This document shows positions 14,066-25,200 of a stretch of 52,302 nt of DNA, piece after piece (positions within the stretch are counted from its first letter, which is position 1; the number at the start of each line of letters is the position of its first letter). The notes below the pieces were generated by a model, which was not told the DNA's origin, ran no database searches, and worked only from the letters and a program-made list of their open reading frames with translations. Made by a program: the position numbers and the translations under genes. Source of the stretch: Psammoneis japonica (Eukaryota); NCBI GenBank assembly GCA_008632985.1, contig QPGO01000047.1, forward strand, positions 484,212 through 536,513, given 5' to 3'.

Positions 14066-14318
14066 TGCACAGATGGTCTCCAGAGACCACCTGTGCACTA
14101 TCGCCTGCACAGATGGTCTCCAGAGACCATCTGTGCAGCTGCGTTAAATTCTACGTGTTTGTACCAGGAAAATGTACCTCCAACCTATCCGGCAGGCGTG
14201 AGTAATATTTTATGTACGAGAAAGAGTTCGTTGGTGCAGGCGAACAACATCACTCTACGATGCTGCTGGTACAAAATCTACGTAAATGCACAGATACGCT
14301 CTGGAGCATGTCTGTGCA
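14066..14318. repeat. Three 32-bp hairpin palindromes
   Basis: TGCACAGATGGTCTC-CA-GAGACCA(C/T)CTGTGCA at 14066-14097 and 14106-14137; variant TGCACAGATACGCTC-TG-GAGCATGTCTGTGCA at 14287-14318. Confidence 0.85.
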
Positions 14319-14569
14319 AATTCGAGCTCGTAAATAATAAGCAGGGATATTGTACATACCTCGTCAGCACTTTGATATTAAATATTTATAATACCTGTTA
14401 TATCTTAATATATATATTTATTTTGCAACGGAATCTTCGCCAATCCGCCTCATTTTTTTCACACACACACTCCTGCGGGTTCGTCATAAGTACAACCTGC
14501 TTCCACCATGATCACTACAGCTCCTGGTCTCATAAGTCTGGCTTCGTAGACTCGTTCATAGTATACATC

Positions 14570-16675
14570 ATGAGTAAACAAGACGAATCATTGAGCAATC
14601 GATGGAAGACATTTGTGCATTCAGTGCGATCGTCTATGCAGGCATCGAAAGAGGTCAATCACGACCTGATAGACGCACAATCGACCTTGGCAGGTGCTTC
14701 GAATGATTCATCTAAGTCCTCTGTATCCAATCATAAATTGGAAAAGCCAAACCGTCTGGTTGATTTCTTCTGTATTGTGGGGCCGGATACAAAGAACAGC
14801 GTCAAGAACAAAAAAGAAGAGCAGTCGCCTACAACACTCACTCCCACCGTCTTGGATTGCCACCCCAAAAGTCGAGATGATGTGGAGTTCCCGAAACACG
14901 TTCATTCCTTTTGCTTTCCAAATGGGTGTAACGAGTCTCTGGACAAAAAGTCGCCAATATTATGGACCATGGTGTTAACATCGAGCACGGGACATCGATT
15001 GTATGCTACCGTTCTTACAATATGGGAATGTAAGCCACCGCAGTCACCTGACAAGAAGCGTCCAACGAAAAAGCCACGTCAAGTCACTGTGTATTGGCCA
15101 AAGTGTTTGATGGTGCTTTCGCATTACTCTTATTTTCATGGTTTTCGGGTATTTTTGCAACAACTATATAACCGGGCGACGAGAAACGAAGGGTCGCCGC
15201 TTCCTTTGGAACGGTATATTGCTCACTTTTGTCGAGACGTACCGCTCCCGTCTCTTGATACACGCGTGGAATACCATTCGGTACCACTTGAGCAAAATGC
15301 AATTGTTTCGTTACGGCCTCTTTTTTCCGTTTTGAGCTTGTCGAATATCTTGGTACTTTGGGGGATGCTGCTTCAAGAAGGACGTATTGTGTTGCGCTCA
15401 CAGTACCGATCGCTCCTGACACCCGTGGCAGAAGCCTTGTTGAGTCTGCTTGCCCCATTTGAATGGCAAGGATTGTACATCCCAGTCTTACTATCACAAA
15501 TGCAATTGGTCCTTCTTGATGCACCCGTTCCGTATTTGGTAGGCATTAACGGCGATGTACCTGACAAGCAAGTACCCGCCGGAGTTGTCTTGTGTGACCT
15601 GGATGAGGACGTGGTGCACATGGGACAGAGTCACGATGGAGAGCCACAGTGGCTTCCGGCAATACCAAATATTATTCGACTCAAAGTGGAGGTGGAAGAC
15701 CTGGTGGATCACTTGTATCTCGTGCCGTCGTCAGGCGTAAAGGGACTCATTACGAATGGCGCCAATCGAAAACTCCTTGATAATTCGGCACGAGAGCCCT
15801 ATTCCCAAATGACAAAGTTTGCAAACAAAAACAGCAAGCGCCAATTCATACTCAATAGTGCAGAGAAAAACTCTTTTGTTTGTACTGACAATGAGCTACA
15901 CGATGGGCCTCAACTGACTAGGCAACCGAGTCCAACGAAAGAAACAACCGACAACAGCCAGGAGAATTACAATTTTGCTACGTCTTTTCGCAGATCTACA
16001 CGAGCTTTTCAAGCCCATACCGATCGACTATTGGCTTTTGCGGGCCAAACATATGCAACGACCAATCCTTTTGTCACGGGTGATGCCCCGGTAGCGAAAG
16101 AAGTTTCAGTTTGCTTTTACGGTTTTCAGAAGGATGACGAGACGTGGTCGCACGCCGTGAGACAAGCCTTTTGGGATTTTTTCTTATCGTTATTTGCATC
16201 CTACAAGACGCATGTGGGAGCCGATGGAGAGGTTGATTCAGAACGCTTTGTCAAGTCCATGCTGAGTCTCCCGAAGACAAGCAAGCAGTTCTTGACGGCA
16301 ATGCTAGAAACGCAATTGTTTGAAGGCTTCCTTGTCGCAACGCGTTCAAATGAGCCAAATGGTATGGCTTGGCTGTTTAACAAACACATTAGCTTTCAAA
16401 AGGAAAATGATACATTGTTCAAGTCGTCTGCAAGAAAACGCAAGAAAGCGCCCCCGGCATTGTGGAGTAGGGACAAAATTGAACGCGTCATTACACCAGC
16501 GGGACCTTGCAGCTACGGTGTTCGCAGTGGAAGCCCCTATCGCTATCCAAATGGCTTTCCAAGCAAATTGAAACAAGATGAACTACTGCATAGCGGTTCT
16601 GAGAACTTGTGGTCCTATCAATGCCAAGACGTATTATTTTGCTCGGCTTCATTGTGCTGGCCAACGAGCCCGTAG
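14570..16675 (+). CDS. DENN domain protein (Rab GEF family)
   Basis: uDENN 'RLVDFFCIVG...FCFPNG'; cDENN 'PKCLMVLSHY', 'LLTPVAEALLSLLAPFEWQGLYIPVL'; dDENN 'FLTAMLETQLFEGF'. First ATG at 14570. Confidence 0.92.
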   Translation: MSKQDESLSNRWKTFVHSVRSSMQASKEVNHDLIDAQSTLAGASNDSSKSSVSNHKLEKPNRLVDFFCIVGPDTKNSVKNKKEEQSPTTLTPTVLDCHPKSRDDVEFPKHVHSFCFPNGCNESLDKKSPILWTMVLTSSTGHRLYATVLTIWECKPPQSPDKKRPTKKPRQVTVYWPKCLMVLSHYSYFHGFRVFLQQLYNRATRNEGSPLPLERYIAHFCRDVPLPSLDTRVEYHSVPLEQNAIVSLRPLFSVLSLSNILVLWGMLLQEGRIVLRSQYRSLLTPVAEALLSLLAPFEWQGLYIPVLLSQMQLVLLDAPVPYLVGINGDVPDKQVPAGVVLCDLDEDVVHMGQSHDGEPQWLPAIPNIIRLKVEVEDLVDHLYLVPSSGVKGLITNGANRKLLDNSAREPYSQMTKFANKNSKRQFILNSAEKNSFVCTDNELHDGPQLTRQPSPTKETTDNSQENYNFATSFRRSTRAFQAHTDRLLAFAGQTYATTNPFVTGDAPVAKEVSVCFYGFQKDDETWSHAVRQAFWDFFLSLFASYKTHVGADGEVDSERFVKSMLSLPKTSKQFLTAMLETQLFEGFLVATRSNEPNGMAWLFNKHISFQKENDTLFKSSARKRKKAPPALWSRDKIERVITPAGPCSYGVRSGSPYRYPNGFPSKLKQDELLHSGSENLWSYQCQDVLFCSASLCWPTSP

Positions 16676-17109
16676 GTCTGCCATACTTTGACATGGAAAA
16701 GTGCGTTCGATTGTTTCATGCACCTGTCGCTGGATACGAAGAAAGTTTGATTTTTATAATGAATATATTTTGTTGTGCGTTAAATGCCTTCAAAGAGTTT
16801 ATCGCATAGGCTTGTACTTCTATTGCTCCACTTCTTCCGTTCTCATCCATTCGTCATGACATGTCTAAATCTTCTCCTACTTTCTCTACACTAGAAAATA
16901 CATTCTATAACACAACAAGAACGAAGTGTGAGATCCAACTATTTGGAAACACATGTGTGCGATGGCAACAGAGATTCATTCATAGACGGCGCAACTCGGA
17001 ACTCAATCTGCAACATACCTCGTCCATCCATTCGTCGACTTTTCTGGATATTTCTTCTCGCGCAGCGGCCTTTACCAATAAATGTGTTGCATCTAAATCC
17101 TTGATAATG

Positions 17110-19336
17110 CTTCTTTTCCGAACTGAATGAATTGCTTGGTGACAAGTTCCCTCCAGGGAACAGCATGATGTCCTTGATGCAAAAATGAGCACGATGCCCC
17201 AGCTGCAGCAGCAACAAAAGAATTTTCATGACAAGGGCTTTGGGTGAAGTTGTGACATCATTCTGTGACATCAGCTGACACTCTTGCACAAGGGACCACA
17301 CTCAGAAGTCCTGTCAGCACATCATCACATGTGCTGTGGGCTGTGGAAACACATTTCCTGAAATTGTTTGGCATGAAAGAGCAGCAGGGTGGGCATTTGT
17401 GTTCAAAACTGGCAGTTTGTTTTTGCACACCAATTCTGTGTGTGCAGAGTGCTGATGGTGTCCATCTGTGTGGGCAAGAAGATCAGTGCAGCTCTGTCAT
17501 TTTTTTTCAAAATGACTTTGACAAAAAATGCTTTTCAGTCATGTGGATGGACGGCAGAGATGACACCAAGGCTTGTTGTTGTCAACCACCAGCTTGTGAG
17601 CATTGCTTGAGCACGGTTGCTGGGTGGGAGCAAGGCATGTGGGAATGACAAGATGAGACAAAAAAAGCATGAAAAACATTGGCAGCAGTGTGTTGGAGCA
17701 ATGAAAAGCTTGAGCCAGCCAGTGGCTGGTGTGTTGTGTGATGCCCACTTCATTGACAAGCATGAGTTGCTTTGTTCTGCCCTCAAGGAGATTGCAGTTG
17801 CTCCAATCATTTCTGACATGTTGTTCTTCCCTTGCCTCAGATGTGCCTTGCAAATCTGTGTGGTGTGTGACAACTGGTGATGGTTGCAATGTGGAAGAGG
17901 CAATGAGGAGAAAAGGGCTGAGAAAAAATGCAAAAGAATGAGAGCAAAGCATGCCCAGAGCAGAGCTCACAACATTTCAATGTTGACCATGAGAGCTGTT
18001 GCATGGGGCCAGCTCAGAAATTTTTCTTTTGCTTTGTTGTTTGAGGAGGGTGAAAATTTCAGCTTCTTTTGTGCTGAAATTTTTAACAACATCTTCATGA
18101 GAGAGGCAGAAATCAAGTGCTGGGCCACACAGGCAGGAGGAGGAGTCGCACCTGAAAAGAGTGATGTCTGCCATTTTGTGGTGCACCCACAAGCTTGTGA
18201 GAGTGACACTGAGCCTTTCCTGTGGCAGAGCAGTGTTTTGCATGCTCTGTCAGAGCAGCCAGCATCTCAGGCCAGAAAAGTTGTTGATTGCTGTCAGCAC
18301 GCAAATCACTGCAGAGGACAGCAGCATCATTTCTTGTGGCTGGCAGGAAGATTGTGCTTGGCACAGTGGTGGTCTCACCACTGCAAGGGTGCTGTCATCA
18401 TGGTTGCAGCAGCACACCAGCCCCACACCAGTGTCTTGAGCTCAACCATTTTGTGCATGTTTGGGGGGAACTGATGTCTTTAGAGAGGTGCTGTGGCGGA
18501 GAGTCTGCTGCCTGCCAAAGGAGGAGACTGAAGCACTGCTGACAGCCTTGCTGGGGCAACTGCCAAGGTTTCATCTGATTTGAACAAAATCACCTCTCCC
18601 CAAGTCCCAAGTCTTTGATCTTCCAGATGTGAGCAATTTTTGTTGCTCAAGTCAAGCATCTGTGCTCTTGTGGGTTTTGGGGGCAGAACTTTGCATGCCA
18701 TGACCAGCTGACCACTGTGCCACCACACACCATGCCATGTGCATGTTCACACCTTGGCAAGACAACAACAAAGATTGCAGTTCAAGAAATTTCTCCCAGA
18801 CTGCCACATGAAAGAGAAAGTGCTTGGTCACAAAGGCAAGAGCAAAATGATGATTGCACTCATCCTGGGAACATCCCAAGGTGTGTGCACAGCCCCCTTT
18901 GCACCATGTTGTGTGAGAAACAATGCAAGCCCCCAGCCAGATGAGCACACTGCATTTGTCCAGAAGTGTGCAGCACAAGCTCCCTTTGGTGGGCTGAGCT
19001 TTGAAACACAGATTTTCCCAGTTCACCACCTCGCTGTTCCCTTGTCAAAAAGAGAGCATTCCAAGTGGCAGGTGATGCAGTGTTGAGTGCAGAGGCAGAG
19101 CTTGTGCCACTTCACACAATTTTTGCCCTGTCAAGGGAATGCACCCAGCTGCTGCTCTGTGTCAAAGGCAGTGCACCAGCACATTTTTGCAGCCAGCCAG
19201 TGCTTCAATCTTTTGCCTGAAACAGCCTCTCACCAAAGCAGTCTCTTCAAAGCATTGCTCTTTTTTGTTGCAGAGCATGAGCAAGAGACAGCTGGTGAAA
19301 AGAGAGTGCAAAAGGAGTGGCAGCATGGGTGATGTG
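17110..19336. repeat. Degenerate TpA- and CpG-depleted block
   Basis: Only two TA found by eye in about 2.2 kb (18084 and 18481), both in TTTA. No recognisable protein. Confidence 0.75.
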
Positions 19337-19732
19337 GACGCGTTCCAGCCCTAGGTGGGAGCTCGTAGTACTGACGTGTGACAACAATAATTTTTATCAT
19401 CCGTCGTATGTTTCGTACGTAGATTTCTACGTGTGATATTTAAAAAAAATTGTCCAGACTCGCTGTTTTGCGAAGCCCCAGACGTTTTATATAACAAATT
19501 TATAGAAATAATAATGCGCCAGTTACATTCTTCAATGTCTGAAGAATGTAACTGGCTAAGTAAAAAATGATGTACTTCAATCATGTGCGAGTTTGTGCGT
19601 TCGCAAAATTGCCTCATTTTCTGTTGGCGATCATTGACATTTTAATTACCGTATAATTTTACTACGGAGCTCGCACGTAGAAGTCTACGGGCCCAATGTC
19701 ACACGGATTCCCACCTACGTCTGGAACGCGTC
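19337..19732. mobile_element. MITE copy B, 396 bp, same TIR family as 9057-9445, 4-bp TSD TGTG
   Basis: Starts GACGCGTTCCAGCCCTAGGTGGGA and ends TCCCACCTACGTCTGGAACGCGTC. TGTG at 19333-19336 and 19733-19736. The last ~70 bp are nearly identical to copy A. Confidence 0.9.
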
Positions 19733-22023
19733 TGTGGTGGCACAGTGATTCAGGGTTTGTTCAGGGTGGTGTGGAAGCATCTTCTTCAGAGCAGCATGGA
19801 AAAGGCAGTTGACGAGGCTGGAAAGCACACAAAGGGCAAGCTTCTGGAATGATGGCACCATTTTTGACAGTGGGTGCAGCTGGCTCTGCACAGCACAAAC
19901 CAGCAATTGCACTGGCAACCTGTGCCAACATGGTGTGGTGGGCAGTGGTGAGCAATTGAGTTGACAGCAGCGCGGCTGCTCAGCCTGCTGCGCACCAACA
20001 CACCGCCATTGCTGCTCCTTGCTCCCCACAGTTCTCTCTTTTTGGTTTGTTGTTCTGTTTGGAGACTTGTTGAGAGGCGCCATTTGCCATCAATGGCCGG
20101 TGCAGAAAAGGCACAAAAAATCAAAAGAAACCCGGCACAAATTGAGTGTCCCACCTGGGTTTGCTCTGAGCCTGTGATTTTATGGCCTGAATTGTTGGGG
20201 TGACTGGGAACGTGCCTCCAGATGTCATGCACATCATGAACACAAATGTGTGCGCAGCTGGAGCTTTTGATGCAGCACCTGCTTTTGGGTCAGCCCACAA
20301 ACCAATGACGCATTCATGTTTGAAGAAATGGCATGAAAGAAATGGTGTCTTGTTGCGTCAGCATGACTTGATTGAAAATGATTCTCAATGAAATGTGTTT
20401 GTCTGCATTCACATGGAAAGCATGTGTTGAGTTCATGTGCAACTCCCATGCATGTCATTTTTTGCAGGGAACGCTCTGCTGCAAACCAACGGTTTGGAGA
20501 TCAGAGAGAAGCTGTGTTGTTGCCACTGTTTGTTGCATGCATCACACTCCCTGGGCATGTTGTTGTTGCAACCATGACAACAACAACTTGAAAAGGACTT
20601 GTGTCACACTTGCCATTGCTTTTCCTTTGTCATGTCAATGTGTTGTGTTGAATCATCTTCTGGTGTGTGTGGTGAAGTTCGTTGTCCTGTTGAGCCGCAA
20701 CATTGATTGAAGCAGGATGAACCAGAAGATGCTCCATCTCCCACGTCAAAAATGCCAACCAAGGCACCAACATTTGCACCCATTCCACAACCTGCAATTG
20801 CCCCCACATGCTCACCCACCATGACTCCAACCTTGTGACTGACATTGGTGCCAACAACTCCAGACGCGACACGCAACCTGCTGCAGTTCCCATTTTAACA
20901 ACAAGCAAACCAACCTTTGTTGTCGCTGCGCCGGAAGCACCCACCAGTGCGGCACAACCCATTCCCACCAAAAGCAATCCCACCACCATGCACCATGGTG
21001 TCCTCTGCCATCTTCTCAAAGCTGCTGTCCCACCTCACATTTCTCAGATCATGGGCAACCTTGCAAAGTGTCACTCTGCTGAACTTGCTCTCTTCCATCT
21101 TAAAGCTTTTGCCCCTCTTCATTGTCAAGCCAAGCTGCCAACTCCTCATCTTGTTCCTCACAAACTTTCATCTCTTGCAAAGACAAAAACCTCTGTGTGG
21201 AATTTTTTCTGTTGAGATGCCTTGTGACAAGGTCAGAGCAGTTGCAAAAGTTCTCCTGGAGAAACAGAGTTGCACAAGAAAGCACACATCACAGATGATG
21301 TTTCCTTTTGCATTGATGAAAACATGCAGCCACATGAAGCATGGGCTGGCCTTGCTTGTCTCCTTGCTGCTTGTGCGTGCACTGACGCCAGGCAGTGACA
21401 AATGCCATGCACCCTTTTGCTGGGAACAAGGAAATCCAGAAAAATGGAAACCCAGAAATCTGGAAAAACGGAAACCCGGAAATTCAAAAATGTGGAAACC
21501 CAGAAATCCGGAAAAACAGAAACCCGGAAATCTGGAAAAACAGAAACCTGAAAATCTGGAAAAATGGAAACCCGGAAATCCGGAAAAACGAAAACCCAGA
21601 AAATCCAGAAAAACGGAAACCCGGAAATCCGGAAAAACGGAAACCCGGAAATCCGGAAATGCGGAAACCCAGAAATCTGGAAAAATGGAAACCCAGAAAT
21701 CTGGAAAAACAGAAAGACAGAAATCAGAAAAACTGAAAAACAACCATTCCACAACCTGCAATTGCCCCCACATGCTCACCCACCATGACTCCAACCTTGT
21801 GACTGACATTGGCGCCAACAATTCCAGATGTGACACGCAACCTGCCACAGTTCCCATTTTGACAACAAGCAAACCAACCTTTGTTGTCACTGTGCTGGAA
21901 GCACCCACCAGTGCGGCACAACCCCTTCCCACCAAAAGCAATGCCACCACCATGCACCATGGTGTCCTCTGCCATCTTCTCAAAGCTGCTGTCCCACCTC
22001 ACATTTCTCAGATCATGGGCAAC
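19733..22023. repeat. Degenerate TpA-depleted block containing a 280-bp direct duplication (20780-21059 / 21744-22023)
   Basis: Three TA found by eye (20181, 20896, 21101), all TTTA/TAAA. The two 280-bp copies align without gaps. Confidence 0.8.
21430..21740. repeat. Minisatellite, ~24-bp unit GGAAACCCGGAAATCCGGAAAAAC (8-bp subunits), about 13 units
   Basis: Directly visible tandem array. Variants are mostly CG->CA/TG (CCAGAAA, CTGGAAA, ATGGAAA). Confidence 0.92.
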
Positions 22024-22299
22024 TGACAGAAATCGAAGGCAAATGGCAAGAATTCAAACAACAACTCCTTGCTGCTGTCTAAATGGCAGATGAGTCTCCG
22101 CTCAGAGACCGTCACAGGAGCCGAAAGACGTGTAAGTCGGCATGATCGGGCCACTGTTGTTGTTCTTGTGAGCCTTGTGGCTCGAAAGCAAACTGCATCG
22201 CGCGCGAACGCGCGGAACTAAAGCACACAAAACTGTGCGCGGTAAACTAAACAGCGCGCGATACTTCGCGCGCATCCAAATCCTGTTCAAATCCTGTCA
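22024..22299 (-). repeat. 3' LTR (276 bp)
   Basis: TGACAG...CTGTCA; aligns without gaps to 28808-29083 with 16 differences. Confidence 0.95.
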
Positions 22300-25200
22300 C
22301 TCCCCAGTTTGCTTGAGGAGCCACAGAAACAGATTCGATTTCGGATGGAATGAAGTTCCAGAACATGAGAGGGCGGAGAAGGTCCCAGATTTGGGAGTAA
22401 CCCCAATGCTTGCTGAGAATGTCAGCAGGGTTGCGGGAGCCTTCGATGAAGTGGAACTCAAGGTAACCAGAGGCAATTGCCTCACGCACACGGTGGAACG
22501 ACAGTGCGGTGTGTCGCTTGTGTAACTTGGAGTGCGGGATGGTGGCACTGTCTACAACCGACTTGTTGTCACCGAACATGTAACTGACATTACGGATCGG
22601 GACGCCAAGGTGGCGCAGGGTGATGCGCAGGTCGACAATCTGCTCGACACAATTCCTTGCGGCAACAAATTCAGATCCGCAGGTTGCAGTCTCCACGGTG
22701 GCTTGTTTCTTGGAGAACCAATCAGCCGGGAATTTGTTGAGGAAGTGGAGCATTCCCATGACAGAGCGTCCGGTGAGCATGCAATGGCACAAGTTTGCAT
22801 CGACGCAGTGGGTGGCAGTGACGAACTTGCCAAGGGGCGGTGGAGCGTCCTTCGGGATCATCTCTTCTGCTTCACCATACACGGAATGCATCCATTCACA
22901 GGCCGGAGCAGGGAGATCCGAACAGTCGGGCTCTTCCGTACGAACGCGGAGAGCACCGTGTCGCATCTTGGAGAGGTGCCCACAGACGCGTTTGGCACGA
23001 TCCAAGTGGCCTTGACGGGGCGCAGCTCGGAAGCTAGAGAGTGACATGACAGCCGTGGTGATGTCAATTCGACCAAGGGACACTGCCCATTGGAGTGAAC
23101 CAACAAGAGACTGGAACTTGTGAATGCCATCGGGTCCCAGCAGTTCGGAAGTGTCCAGTTCGGGGTGGTCACCCTTCTCTAGAGGTGACAGGGCGTTGGT
23201 GGCAGGTTTCTCCCCAAACAATCGGGCGCAGCTGTCGACCATGCGCTCGATGTACTTGCGCGGAGACAGACACAAGGTTCCGTCGGGGTCCCGGGAAAAG
23301 TCGCAACCCAGATGGAACTCAATGGGTCCCGTGCCCTTGAGCTTGAACTTGCACTTTTCAATGAGAGTGTCGATGAAAGATTGAGGGTCCTTCATGGCAA
23401 TGGCGAGGTCATCCACATAAACGCCAATGCATTCACAGTGGTCGCCGTTCCTGCGCATCCAAATGTCGGGTTCGGCGCGGCAGGGGAAGAAGCCTTCAGC
23501 TCGCAGGCAGTCGGCGAAGCGCTCGTGCCAGCGGAGACCGGAACTGCGAAGTCCATACAGTGCCTTGTGGATGACAAGGATGTGTCCTTCGAGTTTGCCA
23601 AATTCGGGTCCAGCTACAATGTAAAGCTTCTCCTTGGTGGTGGCTTCAAGGCAGGCATTGCCAATGTCGGTGGCCCATGTCTCCAGCTCGTTGAGTTCGG
23701 CCAGGAAAATCATCAGCCGAAGGCCACGGAGGGAGACTACTCCGGAGTAAACACCATCGACAGGTACGTCCGTGAGGTGCCCGTCGGCTACGAGTCGTGC
23801 CTTGTGGCGACCGTCGTGTTTCACGTCGAACACCAGGTGCACTCGGATCTTCTTGTGTCCCGCAGGAGGAGTGGAAGACTTGAAGGGCCCGCAGTCATGG
23901 AAGACTTCGTATTCGTCGAGTTGGTCCATCTCGAGATTAGTTGCGTCTCCCCACTTGCGGTTGCCGTTGCGTTCGTCCAGTGACATGGCGTGTTTGTAGT
24001 TCCGGGGAACTTCGCATCCGCACTTGCAACGAGGTGCAGTGCGGAAGGAGCGAAGCTTGGCTTGGTTGGCCATGCGAAATGGCTTCTTTTGGCGCCTCGC
24101 GACAGTGCGGAACCGCTTCCAGCCATCCGTGTCGAGGAGTCCGTTCTCTCGTGCATAGATGGCACAGGTGACGGGGTCGTCCTTGGCGATGATGGCAAGA
24201 GGTTCGGACGTGATCTCCCCACTTTCCCATTCAAGCATGATGTTGTAGCTTGAGCCTTTCCAGGTTGGGTCGTGAGGCTTCAGAGGTCCTTCGTGTGATG
24301 CGATGCGTCGAAATTTCCAAATGGTGGTGTCTTCGTCTTCTTGCTCAATGTGATTCATGATGTCATTGTGGGCAAGGACTTCCTCGCATTCGTCATTGTT
24401 GACAGAGCAGACGAACTTAGTGAGCTCGGGATTGCCGTTCACTTTCCATTCGTGGTCTTCGACGGCCTTGACGATGCGAGCTCTGTGGCGTTGTCCATCC
24501 TCTTGTGGCTGCATGAGGAAGGTACGTCCAATGATGTCTTGCGGATCGAAAACTGGCATCTTGGGTGTCCTGATCTCCCCATCAGTAGAATCGACGGGGT
24601 TGTCGTCATGGCGAGATTTGATGATGGGTTCAGGTGGCTCCCCATCAGGAGGATCAAGACGCAGGTTTCGAACGGCAGGATCGGGGGCAGCAGAGCGAAC
24701 GTTGGACCGGCAGAGGATCTTTTGAGTCTCGTCAGATAGGATCTTGAAGGTCATCTGGTGGCCGACGTGCTCAGCAATGCCAACAAAGCGTCCACGCAAC
24801 TCACGGGATTCGGACGGCCAATCGGAGTCATCGAGGTGGAAGCACACTGGTTCCCACCAGTGAAAGCGAAGCAATGGGCTGATGTCCGGGGTGGATCCAG
24901 TGAGAGTCTCGAGGGGCGTGCGCCAGTGGAGACGTGGGGACGCTGTGTGGTTGAGCATGAAGCACACGCACATGAGCGCCAGGAGCCATGTGTGGGCGGG
25001 CGAACCAAAACGGTCCATGACAGTGTTCGCCATGCGCTTCACGGTCTGGTGTTGACGTTCGGCAAAGTTTTGGTGTTGCTGGTGAGGCTCACTTTGCCAG
25101 CTGGAGATGAAGAGGGCGCGCAGGATCCCGAGCACTTTGTTGCTGATCTCAACTTGAGCACGGTCGCCAATGAGTTTGGATGGTGCACCACGTTCACGGA

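Noticed and set aside
14093..14569. N-terminal 159 codons of the 860-aa ORF
   Set aside because: Non-ATG start through AT-rich, hairpin-containing upstream DNA; the first ATG is at 14570.
21430..21740. CRISPR-like array (also considered for 14066-14137 and 50815-51090)
   Set aside because: No unique spacers between constant repeats, no cas genes, eukaryotic context.
21168..22026. 369-aa and 271-aa repeat-protein ORFs (KPGNPEK / FPDFRVS)
   Set aside because: Translations of the 24-bp minisatellite in a stop-poor block.
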